Shown: positions 18,700-28,204 of the stretch, piece by piece | Numbering within the stretch: the stretch's first letter is position 1 | Layout of the letters: the number at the start of each line of letters is the position of its first letter | Source: Bacteroidota bacterium | Lineage (GTDB): Bacteria > Bacteroidota > Bacteroidia > AKYH767-A > OLB10 | Assembly (NCBI GenBank): GCA_046073825.1 | Contig: JBJTMY010000265.1 | Span: 1-57,438 of the forward strand | Direction: 5' to 3' | DNA length: 57,438 nt | Made by a program: the position numbers and the translations under genes | Notes under the pieces: generated by a model | Databases searched by the model: none | What the model saw: the letters and a program-made list of their open reading frames with translations, nothing else | What the model was told of the DNA's origin: nothing

Positions 18700-20169
18700 A
18701 TGAAAATTTTAGAAGAACATGTCTACAAGCAGATTTTAGTACTATCCATTTTGGTCTTTATAGGGGTGCATTTGATTTATATCAATCTGCCGCCTTGTAG
18801 TATTCATGTTTGGAGACAATGCAATACGCTAGCGGTGGCGCAAAACTTCTATGATGAGGGTTTAAATATTCTAGAGCCAAGAGTAGATCGTCGTTTTGAC
18901 AGTAACGGTATTACTGGTACTGCCTTTCCATTGTATGAATGGGTACTTGCATTAATATACAAGGTAATTGGCGTACATAAATGGGTGCCACGATTATTTT
19001 CATTAGCTATAACAGTAACAATGTTTGTATTCTCCTTTCTGTTTTTAAAAAACATTACGACCAATAAAATTGTTGCAGCTGTTTCATGTTCACTGCTGTT
19101 GTGGTCGCCAGAAATATTTTATCAAAGTATAAATGCATTACCTGATCTACTTGCGCTATGTTGTGGATTTATTAGTTTGTACTTTATTACCAATAGGGAT
19201 AAAAACACGACAACACTTTTTGCAAGTTATTTTTTTCTTGCCTTGAGCGGCTTAGTCAAAATGCAGTACTTGATGATTGGCATATTTCATCTGATAGAAA
19301 TGATAAATAATTATTTTTTCCAAAGAAATATGAATTCAATTGTATTCCTGCAAATATTTTTGGGGGTTATGTGTTTAATGCTTGTATTTAGCTGGTATCA
19401 TTACTCTTTAGGCTTAATTGAAGAATCGAATTTGCGCGACTTTGGAATTGAAATTCGATCTGCATGTAATTTAACTGATGCCTATAAAACAATTAAGAAA
19501 AATACTATCAGTGATTTTCCAGAACTTGTTTTCGGATTTGCTAATACGCTTGTTATATTGTTGGGAATTTACTTTTCACAGAAAAATTGGAAACACCACT
19601 ACTTTATATCGTTTGCTATTTTGATTGGAATTTATATTACCTATCACCTTCTAGAATTGCGACAAATGGATGTACATCACTACTATATGATGCCTATTTA
19701 TTTTTCTTCTTTGGCTTTGCTATATCAAGGGATTTCATTTTTAATGCAAAAGCGATTCACCTTTATCATCTTGTTCCTCCTCCTCCTTCAACCAGCCTTG
19801 GCTTGTGTGAGAATTATTCCTGCAAGATGGGGCAAAAGCGATTTAGGAATTAGTTCTACTTTTAGTGATGAAAAAAAATTAAATGAATTAAAAAGAAACA
19901 TACCTGCCAATGCGAAAGTCATTGCCGGCCCAGATGAATCAGGATGTATCTATCTCTACTTCCTCCACAAAAAAGGATTTGGATATGAAAGAGCTTTTCA
20001 GCTTTCAACTTTTAACAACGGGAAGCCACTTATTGAAGATTATATTCATCGTGGTGCTGCCTATTTAATTACCTCGAACGAGTCAGATGTAAAAAATGAT
20101 ACACTAGTAACATACTATCACGAAATAAAAAAACTTAATGAGTTTTATATTATTCAATTAAAAAAATGA
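18700..20169 (+). CDS. GT-C fold (ArnT/PMT, GT39-like) membrane glycosyltransferase
   Basis: HVWRQCNTLAVAQNFY first-loop motif, FPLYEW, many TM helices, LPD motif, HHYY. Confidence 0.78.
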   Translation: MKILEEHVYKQILVLSILVFIGVHLIYINLPPCSIHVWRQCNTLAVAQNFYDEGLNILEPRVDRRFDSNGITGTAFPLYEWVLALIYKVIGVHKWVPRLFSLAITVTMFVFSFLFLKNITTNKIVAAVSCSLLLWSPEIFYQSINALPDLLALCCGFISLYFITNRDKNTTTLFASYFFLALSGLVKMQYLMIGIFHLIEMINNYFFQRNMNSIVFLQIFLGVMCLMLVFSWYHYSLGLIEESNLRDFGIEIRSACNLTDAYKTIKKNTISDFPELVFGFANTLVILLGIYFSQKNWKHHYFISFAILIGIYITYHLLELRQMDVHHYYMMPIYFSSLALLYQGISFLMQKRFTFIILFLLLLQPALACVRIIPARWGKSDLGISSTFSDEKKLNELKRNIPANAKVIAGPDESGCIYLYFLHKKGFGYERAFQLSTFNNGKPLIEDYIHRGAAYLITSNESDVKNDTLVTYYHEIKKLNEFYIIQLKK

Positions 20170-20516
20170 AAAAAAGAATTGCCAGTTTCCAATTCGCCAT
20201 CAATGGTATTAAATTACTTTTCAAAAGCGGTATAAATTTCAATATTCAATTTGTAATAACCCTGATTACCTTATTTGCGGGTTGGTATTATGAAATTACA
20301 AAAACAGAATGGGTAGTTATTTTATTATGTATTGGATGTGTATTGGTAGCGGAAGCTTTTAATACTGCCATTGAAAAAATGGTGGATCATCTTGCTCCAG
20401 AAAAAAATATTTATGCAGGAGAAATTAAAGACATTGCTGCAGGTGCTGTTCTGCTTTTTTCAATCATCACCGCCTTTATAGGTATAATAATTTTCCTACC
20501 CTATTTGACCAACTAA
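20166..20516 (+). CDS. dgkA: Diacylglycerol/undecaprenol kinase (DgkA family)
   Basis: SFQFAINGI; EAFNTAIEKMVD; IKDIAAGAV. Confidence 0.9.
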   Translation: MKKRIASFQFAINGIKLLFKSGINFNIQFVITLITLFAGWYYEITKTEWVVILLCIGCVLVAEAFNTAIEKMVDHLAPEKNIYAGEIKDIAAGAVLLFSIITAFIGIIIFLPYLTN

Positions 20517-21079
20517 AGTCCGGCGTTCGTTCTAAATAACTTTACAGCAATCGCCATCAATACCACTCCAAATACTTTTCGAATAATACTAATCCCTGCT
20601 TTTCCTAAAGCTTTTTCTAACGGTGCGACCATCCGTAAAACAACATACACAACAATCATGTTGAGTGATATGCCGATTAAAATTGTAGGGATATCGTATT
20701 GAGCACGCAAAGAAATTAAAGTTGTCATCGTTCCCGTTCCTGCTATCAATGGAAAAGCAATTGGAACAATGGATGCAGTTTCTGGAATATCATCGCGATA
20801 TAAACGAATACCCAAAATCATTTCCAATGCTAAAAAAAAGATGACTAATGAACCGGCAATCGCGAAAGAAGATACATCAATCCCAATTAGTTTTAAGATA
20901 CTTTCCCCGAGAAATAGAAATAAAACCATTATCACTAAAGAGGCGAAGGTGGCCTTTTCTGCGTGAATCATACCCACCCTATTGCGTGTTTCTATAATGA
21001 CGGGTAATGATCCTATGATGTCAATCACAGCAAATAAAATCATTGTAACAGAAATAATATCTTGAATGGAAAATGTCAT
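20513..21079 (-). CDS. MarC-family membrane protein
   Basis: FAVIDIIGSLP, SFAIAGS, IVPIAFPLIAG; start placed at ATG 21079 because TAGCTTTG lies at 21102-21095 on the minus strand. Confidence 0.9.
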   Translation of the reverse strand: MTFSIQDIISVTMILFAVIDIIGSLPVIIETRNRVGMIHAEKATFASLVIMVLFLFLGESILKLIGIDVSSFAIAGSLVIFFLALEMILGIRLYRDDIPETASIVPIAFPLIAGTGTMTTLISLRAQYDIPTILIGISLNMIVVYVVLRMVAPLEKALGKAGISIIRKVFGVVLMAIAVKLFRTNAGL

Positions 21080-21161
21080 AGTGTTAATTTTAGCCAAAGC
21101 TAGTCAAATTGTTTTAATACTGTAATTCAATTATTTAAAAGATTTTTTTCTGATATTTTTG

Positions 21162-21178
21162 TTTAGAATCATTCTAAA
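21162..21178. promoter_or_regulatory. Perfect 8-1-8 palindrome, candidate Fur-family operator
   Basis: TTTAGAAT-C-ATTCTAAA directly upstream of the -7 box TAGTTTTG (21182-21189) of the gene at 21209. Confidence 0.7.
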
Positions 21179-21208
21179 TAATAGTTTTGACCCACCAAAA
21201 TACATCCC

Positions 21209-22057
21209 ATGAAAAATACCGTAACCACTTTATTTCTTTGCCTATTTGGCCTATCACACATTCAATTAAAAGCACAGGATCGCGTTTTTGCTAGAACTTA
21301 TCAGTCAAATGTTTTAGCCAAAGGCAACTTCGACATCGAGTTTTGGTCAACTTTGCGAAGCGGCAAAACCGGTGAAAACACAAATTATCTATTGGGTCGT
21401 AGAATGGATCAACGTTTAGAGTTGGAATTTGGCTTAGGAAAAAATGTTCAAACTGCATTTTACCTTAATTATTCTAAGGGAATATATATTAGTACGATTA
21501 ACGACACCAGTGCTTTGACCGAATTAAAACAAAACACTTCTATTAGTAATGAATGGAAGTTTAAACTCTCTGACCCAGTAGCGAATGTCATAGGAACTGC
21601 ATTGTATTTCGAATTAGAAGCAGGTCCTGATGAATATGAAATTGAATCGAAAATCATTCTAGACAAAAAAATTGATAAGCACTTATTTGCTTGTAATATC
21701 ATAAGCGAAGTAGAATTTGAATCAGAGATTGAGTTAGAGAATGGACGTCTGAAAAAGGAAATGGAAATTGAGACTCCCCTTGAACTAACGGCTGGGTATA
21801 TGTATTTTCTTAAACCATGGTTGGGAATAGGCGCTGAAGTTAGAAACTACAATGGCATATCAAAAGAGGATGGTTGGGAATACAGCGCATTATTTGGTGG
21901 TCCGACATTATTTTTTAGCCAAGGTAGATTATTTGGAACATTAAATCTAGCTCCACAATTTTCAAATCTTCATAGAACAGATCATGAAGATGGCAAACTT
22001 GTTTTAAATGATTTAGAAAAATCGGAGTGCCGTTTAATTATTGGATATAGTTTCTAA
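21209..22057 (+). CDS. Predicted outer-membrane beta-barrel protein (DUF6662-like)
   Basis: Signal peptide ending KAQ; QDRVFARTYQSNVLAKG; KFKLSDPVAN..GTALYFE; C-terminal LIIGYSF BAM signal. The family name is tentative. Confidence 0.7.
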   Translation: MKNTVTTLFLCLFGLSHIQLKAQDRVFARTYQSNVLAKGNFDIEFWSTLRSGKTGENTNYLLGRRMDQRLELEFGLGKNVQTAFYLNYSKGIYISTINDTSALTELKQNTSISNEWKFKLSDPVANVIGTALYFELEAGPDEYEIESKIILDKKIDKHLFACNIISEVEFESEIELENGRLKKEMEIETPLELTAGYMYFLKPWLGIGAEVRNYNGISKEDGWEYSALFGGPTLFFSQGRLFGTLNLAPQFSNLHRTDHEDGKLVLNDLEKSECRLIIGYSF

Positions 22058-22059
22058 GT

Positions 22060-22332
22060 ATGAAAAAATATTTTTCTATCGCATTTCTATTCACGCTAAT
22101 GGCGTGTCAATCGAAGTTATATATGCCTTTAAAGGAAGATAGAAATTACACTCAGTTAATGAGTGGAAGAAATTTATACATTCAACGATGTGGGTCTTGT
22201 CATAATCTCTATTTACCAAAAGATTACACTTCAGAAAAATGGTTAGCAATAATTCAGCAAATGCAAGTACGAGCTAAAATCAATGAAGAAGAAAAAAGTT
22301 TAATTACCCAATATTTGCTTCATTCTAACTAG
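22060..22332 (+). CDS. Small monoheme cytochrome c lipoprotein
   Basis: Lipobox LMAC; GRNLY..RCGSCH heme-binding motif; W-x6-M candidate distal Met ligand. Confidence 0.85.
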   Translation: MKKYFSIAFLFTLMACQSKLYMPLKEDRNYTQLMSGRNLYIQRCGSCHNLYLPKDYTSEKWLAIIQQMQVRAKINEEEKSLITQYLLHSN

Positions 22333-22405
22333 TATAAAACTTTTATGAATACTAATTGTTATACCTTTTAAATTGATTTATTCCATCACCTTTTACATTA
22401 ACAGA

Positions 22406-23368
22406 ATGAATCTGCACCTATTACTTGAAAACCTGACTAATCCGGCACTATTATTTTTTGTATTGGGAATAGTGGCTGTTTATTTAAAAAGTGACTTAGA
22501 AATTCCACCTAATTCTTCGAAATTCATCTCACTATATTTACTATTTGCCATTGGATTTAAAGGAGGACAAGAGCTTTCGAACGAGTCATTTACTACTGAA
22601 GTAGGCATGTCGATGGTTTTTGGTATATCCCTATCGTTAGTAATTCCATTATACACTTTTTTTATTTTAAAAAAGAAGTTGAGTATTTACGATGCGGGTG
22701 CCATTGCCTCTGCCTACGGGTCAGTTAGTGCAGTTACTTTTGTTACCGGGGTAAGTTATATGGAAGCCCAGCATTTACAGCTTCATGGACACATGGTAGC
22801 TATTATGGCGATGATGGAATCGCCTGCAATTATTATGGGATTGTTATTGCTTTCTATTTATAATAAACATTCTTCAGAAGCCATCGATAAAAAAAGTGCA
22901 ATTAGACATTCCTTTACAAATGGAAGTGTTGTTTTAATTTTAGGAAGTTTAATTATTGGTTACTTAGCAACTGCAAAACAAGCGGAAGGGATCAAACCAT
23001 TCACGAACGATTTATTCAAAGGGTTTTTAGCCATATTTCTGTTGGATATGGGAGTTACGAGTGGTAAGAAATTAAAATCATTTTTCTCGTTTGGCTGGTT
23101 CCCCGTTTTATTTGCTATTACCATTCCCTTGCTTAATGGAATTATTACAGCTTATTTAAGTTCAATAATTACCAATGACATTGGCAGCAGATTTATTTTT
23201 GCTGTTTTAGCTGCGAGTGCATCATATATTGCAGTTCCTGCTGCGATGAAAATTTCTGTTCCAAAAGCAAACCCAGGATTATTTCTTCCCATGGCCCTCG
23301 CCGTTACCTTTCCTGTTAACATAACTATAGGTATGCCCCTCTATTTTTTAGTCATACAAAACACTTAA
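22406..23368 (+). CDS. sbtA: Sodium-dependent bicarbonate transporter family permease (SbtA-like)
   Basis: KSDLEIP, AIGFKGG, YGSVSAVTF, MESPAII, FLLDMG, ASASYIAVPAAM, TFPVNITIGMPLY. Confidence 0.9.
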   Translation: MNLHLLLENLTNPALLFFVLGIVAVYLKSDLEIPPNSSKFISLYLLFAIGFKGGQELSNESFTTEVGMSMVFGISLSLVIPLYTFFILKKKLSIYDAGAIASAYGSVSAVTFVTGVSYMEAQHLQLHGHMVAIMAMMESPAIIMGLLLLSIYNKHSSEAIDKKSAIRHSFTNGSVVLILGSLIIGYLATAKQAEGIKPFTNDLFKGFLAIFLLDMGVTSGKKLKSFFSFGWFPVLFAITIPLLNGIITAYLSSIITNDIGSRFIFAVLAASASYIAVPAAMKISVPKANPGLFLPMALAVTFPVNITIGMPLYFLVIQNT

Positions 23369-23388
23369 GCACCAGTTGTATTAAAATA

Positions 23389-23419
23389 AAAATCCCCGAG
23401 CATTTACTCGGGGATTTAT
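23389..23419. terminator. Bidirectional terminator between sbtA and accC
   Basis: AAATCCCCGAG-CATTTA-CTCGGGGATTT flanked by A- and T-rich tracts. Confidence 0.85.
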
Positions 23420-24757
23420 TTATTTCAATTTAAATGTTTCCATAAACTTGGTAGTATAATTTCCTTTCCTAAAATCTTCATTCAACATTAATTGCTGGTG
23501 AAATGGAATAGTTGTTTTTACTCCTTCAATTACAAATTCACTTAACGCTCTTTCCATTGTTTGTATCGCTTCTTCACGCGTTTGTGCAATCGTAATTAGC
23601 TTAGCAATCATTGAATCATAATATGGAGGAATAGTATATCCAGCATAGATATGTGAATCGACACGCACACCATGGCCACCAGGTTGATGCAAAACGGTAA
23701 TCTTACCTGGAGAAGGACGAAAATCATTATAAGGATCTTCTGCATTTATACGACATTCGATCGCATGCATTGTGGGATAGTGATTATTGCCACTAATAGG
23801 CACACCTGCTGCAATTTTAATTTGCTCTTTAATTAAATCGTAATTGATTACCTCTTCTGTAACAGGATGTTCTACTTGAATACGTGTATTCATTTCCATG
23901 AAATAAAATTTTCCATGCTTATCTACTAAGAATTCAATAGTACCTACACCTTCATAATTACTAGCGATCGTTGCTTTGATAGCTGCTTCTCCCATTTCAT
24001 GACGTAATTTTTCAGTCATGAATGGAGAGGGCGTTTCTTCTAATAATTTTTGATGGCGACGTTGAATTGAGCAATCACGTTCACTTAAATGGCAAGCTTT
24101 GCCATATTGATCACCGGCAATCTGTATTTCGATGTGTCGTGGTTCTTCAATGTATTTTTCCATATACATCCCGTCGTTTCCGAAGGCAGCACCGGCTTCT
24201 GTACGTGCTGTATCAAAAGCTTTTTCTAATTCATCTTCTTTCCAAACGATGCGCATTCCTTTTCCACCACCACCAGCTGTTGCTTTAAGAATGACAGGAT
24301 ATCCTATCTCTTTTGCATCCTTTTTCGCATGCTCGATATCGGAAATTAAGCCTTCCGAACCAGGAATAGTAGGAACACCGGCACGCTTCATAGTTTCTTT
24401 TGCATTGGCTTTATCGCCCATTGCATCAATTTGCTCAGGGGTAGCACCAATGAATTTAATCCCGTGCTTTTGGCAAATAGCAGAGAACTTTGAATTTTCA
24501 GATAAGAAACCATATCCTGGGTGAATAGCATCCGCGTTAGTAATTTCTGCGGCAGCTATAATTCGAGGAATATTCAAATATGAATCGCGGCTTTGCGGAG
24601 GTCCAATACATACTGCTTCGTCTGCGAAGCGAACATGTAAACTTTCTTTATCTGCTGTAGAGTAAACAGCCACTGTACGAATTCCCATCTCTTTACAAGT
24701 ACGGATAATGCGCAAGGCTATCTCACCTCTATTGGCAATTAATATTTTCTTAAACAT
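23420..24757 (-). CDS. accC: Acetyl-CoA carboxylase, biotin carboxylase subunit
   Basis: [43 protein letters not shown]. Confidence 0.98.
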   Translation of the reverse strand: MFKKILIANRGEIALRIIRTCKEMGIRTVAVYSTADKESLHVRFADEAVCIGPPQSRDSYLNIPRIIAAAEITNADAIHPGYGFLSENSKFSAICQKHGIKFIGATPEQIDAMGDKANAKETMKRAGVPTIPGSEGLISDIEHAKKDAKEIGYPVILKATAGGGGKGMRIVWKEDELEKAFDTARTEAGAAFGNDGMYMEKYIEEPRHIEIQIAGDQYGKACHLSERDCSIQRRHQKLLEETPSPFMTEKLRHEMGEAAIKATIASNYEGVGTIEFLVDKHGKFYFMEMNTRIQVEHPVTEEVINYDLIKEQIKIAAGVPISGNNHYPTMHAIECRINAEDPYNDFRPSPGKITVLHQPGGHGVRVDSHIYAGYTIPPYYDSMIAKLITIAQTREEAIQTMERALSEFVIEGVKTTIPFHQQLMLNEDFRKGNYTTKFMETFKLK

Positions 24758-24788
24758 AATTGGCTATTTAATGATTAAATAAATTGTC

Positions 24789-25274
24789 TTAGCTAGGATC
24801 AACTAAGAACAATGGTTGATCGTACTCAACAGGAGAAGAATTATCGACTAATACTTTCACGATTCTTCCTGAAATTTCAGATTCAATTTCATTAAATAAT
24901 TTCATTGCTTCGATGATACAAACTACTTGACCAGCTTTAATTTCATCTCCTACATTTACAAAGTTGGGTTTATCTGGACCAGAGGCACGATAAAAAGTTC
25001 CGATCATCGGACTTTTCACTGTGATGTATTTCGATTCATCTTTTGTTGCTGCAGGAGCTGCTGCTGCAGGAGCGGGAGCTGCTGCTACTGGTGCGGGAGC
25101 TGCTGCCATTGGCATAGGCATTTGCATCATTGGAGCAGAAGTTACTACTTGCTCAATTACTCGAGGTGCTGCATTTTTGATAGTGATCTTTACAGCATCG
25201 GTTTCTAAGCTAACTTCGCTTACACCAGATTTTGATACGAACTTAATAAGTTCTTCAATTTCCTTTTTGTTCAT
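24789..25274 (-). CDS. accB: Acetyl-CoA carboxylase biotin carboxyl carrier protein
   Basis: SPMIGTFY, IEAMKLFNEI biotinylation site, Ala/Pro linker. Confidence 0.98.
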   Translation of the reverse strand: MNKKEIEELIKFVSKSGVSEVSLETDAVKITIKNAAPRVIEQVVTSAPMMQMPMPMAAAPAPVAAAPAPAAAAPAATKDESKYITVKSPMIGTFYRASGPDKPNFVNVGDEIKAGQVVCIIEAMKLFNEIESEISGRIVKVLVDNSSPVEYDQPLFLVDPS

Positions 25275-25296
25275 AGAAGGAGTTTTTATATGCTGT

Positions 25297-25343
25297 CAAA
25301 AATAAGTTATTTTGATTAAAAACTAATTGATTTTGATTAAAAA
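25297..25343 (-). promoter_or_regulatory. accBC promoter with an upstream 14-bp direct repeat
   Basis: TATTTTTG at 25304-25297 (minus strand); ATTTTGATTAAAAA at 25309 and 25330. Confidence 0.5.
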
Positions 25344-25458
25344 TAGGGCAAAAACAAGGAATTTTCTCCAAAAATTGAAGGAAATCGCAAAATCTACTTT
25401 GCCAAAATCAAATCCTAACTAAATGCTAATTGTAAAAATGATGGGGCTTCAAAAATTA

Positions 25459-26448
25459 TTAATAAGCCCATTTCACCCAAATAGAACCCCAAGTAAATCC
25501 TCCACCAAAAGCAGCGATAATAATATTATCACCTTTTTTGAATTTACTTTCCCATTCCCATAAACAAAGAGGGATTGTTCCATTGGTAGTATTACCGTAA
25601 CGCTCAATATTCAGCGTTACTTTATCATCGCTAACGCCCATACGACGAGCGGTAGCATCAATAATCCTTTTATTTGCTTGATGAGGAATTAACCACGCAA
25701 CATCATCCGAAGTTAAATGATTACGCTCCATAATTTCAGCGCTTACATCTGCCATATTGGTGACTGCAAACTTAAATACAGTCTGACCTTCCTGATATAC
25801 GTAATGTTCTTTTGCCGCTACTGTTTCGGCTGATGCGGGCTTTAAGCTGCCGCCTGCTTTTTGATGCAAGTGTGCGCGACCAGAGCCATCTGTTCTAAGA
25901 ATGGCATCCATAATTCCGTAGCCGTCTGTATTAGGTTCTAACAGTACCGCACCACCGCCATCACCAAAAATAACACAGGTAGCACGATCAGTGTAATCAA
26001 TGATAGAAGACATTTTATCTGCGCCTACTACAATTACTTTTTTATACTGACCTGATTCAATAAATTTTGAACCGGTTGTTAATGCAAAAATAAACCCTGA
26101 ACAAGCAGCATTAATATCGTAACTAAACGCATTTTTTGCTCCCACTTTATCCGAAATGATATTTGCCGTTGCCGGAAATTGCATATCAGGTGTTGTGGTT
26201 GCACAAATAATCAAATCGATTTCTTCTGCTGAAATACCCCTTTTTTTCAAAAGACCCTCGACTGCTCTTGCTCCGATATCGGAAGTAGCTTCGCCAGGTG
26301 TTTTTAAAATATGACGTTCTTTAATTCCAGTACGCGTGGTGATCCACTCATCCGTAGTATCAATTAGGGTTTCTAACTCCTTATTTGTTAAAACATATTC
26401 AGGAACCCATGCGTTTACCGCAGTTATTGCAGCTGTAATTTTTGTCAT
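25459..26448 (-). CDS. fabH: Beta-ketoacyl-ACP synthase III
   Basis: AACSGF, PHQANKRI, YGNT, FGGGFTWG. Confidence 0.97.
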   Translation of the reverse strand: MTKITAAITAVNAWVPEYVLTNKELETLIDTTDEWITTRTGIKERHILKTPGEATSDIGARAVEGLLKKRGISAEEIDLIICATTTPDMQFPATANIISDKVGAKNAFSYDINAACSGFIFALTTGSKFIESGQYKKVIVVGADKMSSIIDYTDRATCVIFGDGGGAVLLEPNTDGYGIMDAILRTDGSGRAHLHQKAGGSLKPASAETVAAKEHYVYQEGQTVFKFAVTNMADVSAEIMERNHLTSDDVAWLIPHQANKRIIDATARRMGVSDDKVTLNIERYGNTTNGTIPLCLWEWESKFKKGDNIIIAAFGGGFTWGSIWVKWAY

Positions 26449-26451
26449 ATT

Positions 26452-27405
26452 TTAATGGGCAATACTTACCTGCATCGCCTGAGCAATTTTCTCTGTCAGA
26501 CGAGCAGCTGTAACTTTTTCTGTTATGTGAATCATATTTTTTACTGCACGGGCATTTGAAATTCCGTGAGCAATAATCACAGGGGCATTTAATCCTAAAA
26601 CTGGAGTGCCGCCATAATTTTCATAGTTGAATCGATCAAAATATGCATCATTAATTGAACGCTTTTGAATCAAATCATAAAAGGATTCTGCTAATTTCAA
26701 GATTACATTTCCAGTAAATCCGTCGCATACGATTACATCGGCTTTGTCATTAAACAAATCGCGACCTTCTACGTTTCCAACGAAATTAATATCCTTTGTT
26801 ACCTTTAACAATTGATGCGTTGCTTGAGTAAGCACACTTCCTTTTTCTTCTTCTTCTCCAATATTCATCAAACCGACCTTAGGTTGCTTAAAGCCATGTA
26901 CGTGTTCCAAATAAAGACTACCTAAAACACCAAATTGCTGCAACATTTCCGGTTTGCAATCTGCATTCAATCCAACATCTAAGAATACTCCCCAAGGGCC
27001 ATCTTCTTTAGGTAAAACTGAACAGACAGCAGGACGTAAAACACCAGGAATAGTTTTTACGCTAAACATAGCTCCAACCATCATTGCTCCGCTGTTGCCA
27101 GCACCACAAAACGCATCAATTTCACCACGTTTTAGGTATTCAAACCCTCGTGAAATGCTAGAATCTTGTTTTTGAGTAATTGCTTTGGTTGGATGTTCAT
27201 CCATTCCGATCACTTCTGTTGTTGCAACAATAGAAACTTTCGAAATATCAGCACCTGCTTCATTAAATTGTTGTGTGATAGCAGCGATATCTCCAAACAA
27301 AACAAGCTGAACACCTTCCCCTAAATGAGGTAGTGCTTCAATGACTCCTTTCGTTATCTCAAGAGGGGCAAAATCCCCACCCATGATATCAACACCAATC
27401 TTCAT
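26452..27405 (-). CDS. plsX: Phosphate acyltransferase PlsX
   Basis: VDIMGGDFAP, AGNSGA, NIGEEEEKG, VCDGFTGN. Confidence 0.96.
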   Translation of the reverse strand: MKIGVDIMGGDFAPLEITKGVIEALPHLGEGVQLVLFGDIAAITQQFNEAGADISKVSIVATTEVIGMDEHPTKAITQKQDSSISRGFEYLKRGEIDAFCGAGNSGAMMVGAMFSVKTIPGVLRPAVCSVLPKEDGPWGVFLDVGLNADCKPEMLQQFGVLGSLYLEHVHGFKQPKVGLMNIGEEEEKGSVLTQATHQLLKVTKDINFVGNVEGRDLFNDKADVIVCDGFTGNVILKLAESFYDLIQKRSINDAYFDRFNYENYGGTPVLGLNAPVIIAHGISNARAVKNMIHITEKVTAARLTEKIAQAMQVSIAH

Positions 27406-27464
27406 GATGAATGTCTTTCCTTTAAAGAAATTTTGAAAATATTATTAAAGATTAAAAACTGCAA

Positions 27465-27650
27465 TTAAGCTTCACGCTCCATTACAACTTTTCCCTTATA
27501 CATCAATTTTCCTTCGTACCAGTAAGCACGGTGGTAAAGATGAGCTTCTCCTGTTGTTGCATCAACAGCAATTGTAGGTGCAGTTGCCTTATAGTGCGTT
27601 CTGCGTTTGTCTCTTCTTGATTTCGAGTGTTTATGCTTTGGATTTGGCAT
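27465..27650 (-). CDS. rpmF: 50S ribosomal protein L32
   Basis: [21 protein letters not shown]; position between yceD and plsX. Confidence 0.96.
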   Translation of the reverse strand: MPNPKHKHSKSRRDKRRTHYKATAPTIAVDATTGEAHLYHRAYWYEGKLMYKGKVVMEREA

Positions 27651-27670
27651 AGTACTTAATTATTTATTAG

Positions 27671-28204
27671 TTAATTCAATTTTATTTTTTTTAGTGCGCT
27701 CCATCTTTCATCCTGAATTTCCTTTGGCTTATCCTCTTCTTGATTATCAGATAAAGCATCTAAGGCCTCGTTTACACAACCTGGTTTATCATCGATATCA
27801 GGGTGCGTTGGATTGTACGGAATTTCCAATGTAACAAAGTCGTAAATATGATTATTTAAGACGATTTCACTGGCGGAATTCGCAATATGAATCGTATCAT
27901 TATCATCATCTTCTGCATCAGGATTTTCAACCATTCTGATCAAGACATGTTGATGGGCATTCACTGGGAGCGTAAAGTTTTCCAAACATCTGCCACACTC
28001 TACTTCCACCTCTCCATCAATTTCAATGTCCATTTCCATGGTTGTTGACTTTTGCAGAGCAACCTTTACTTCCAGTTTTGCCTTGTGAATAATACTATTC
28101 GAATACTGTTCAAAGAACTCATTCCCCATGTGAAAGTTAAATTCATGTATTCCAGCTGGTAAGCTGATGAACTTAATAACTAAATCTTTATTATGCGTTG
28201 CCAC
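27671..28204 (-). CDS. yceD: YceD/DUF177 family protein
   Basis: ECGRCLE, C-terminal DERWSALKKIK, GTG start, position upstream of rpmF; TACTTTTG -7 box at 28249-28242. Confidence 0.9.
   Translation of the reverse strand: MATHNKDLVIKFISLPAGIHEFNFHMGNEFFEQYSNSIIHKAKLEVKVALQKSTTMEMDIEIDGEVEVECGRCLENFTLPVNAHQHVLIRMVENPDAEDDDNDTIHIANSASEIVLNNHIYDFVTLEIPYNPTHPDIDDKPGCVNEALDALSDNQEEDKPKEIQDERWSALKKIKLN

Noticed and set aside
25045-25135. GCT/GCA/GGA-rich low-complexity repeat
   Set aside because: It encodes the normal Ala/Pro linker of AccB.
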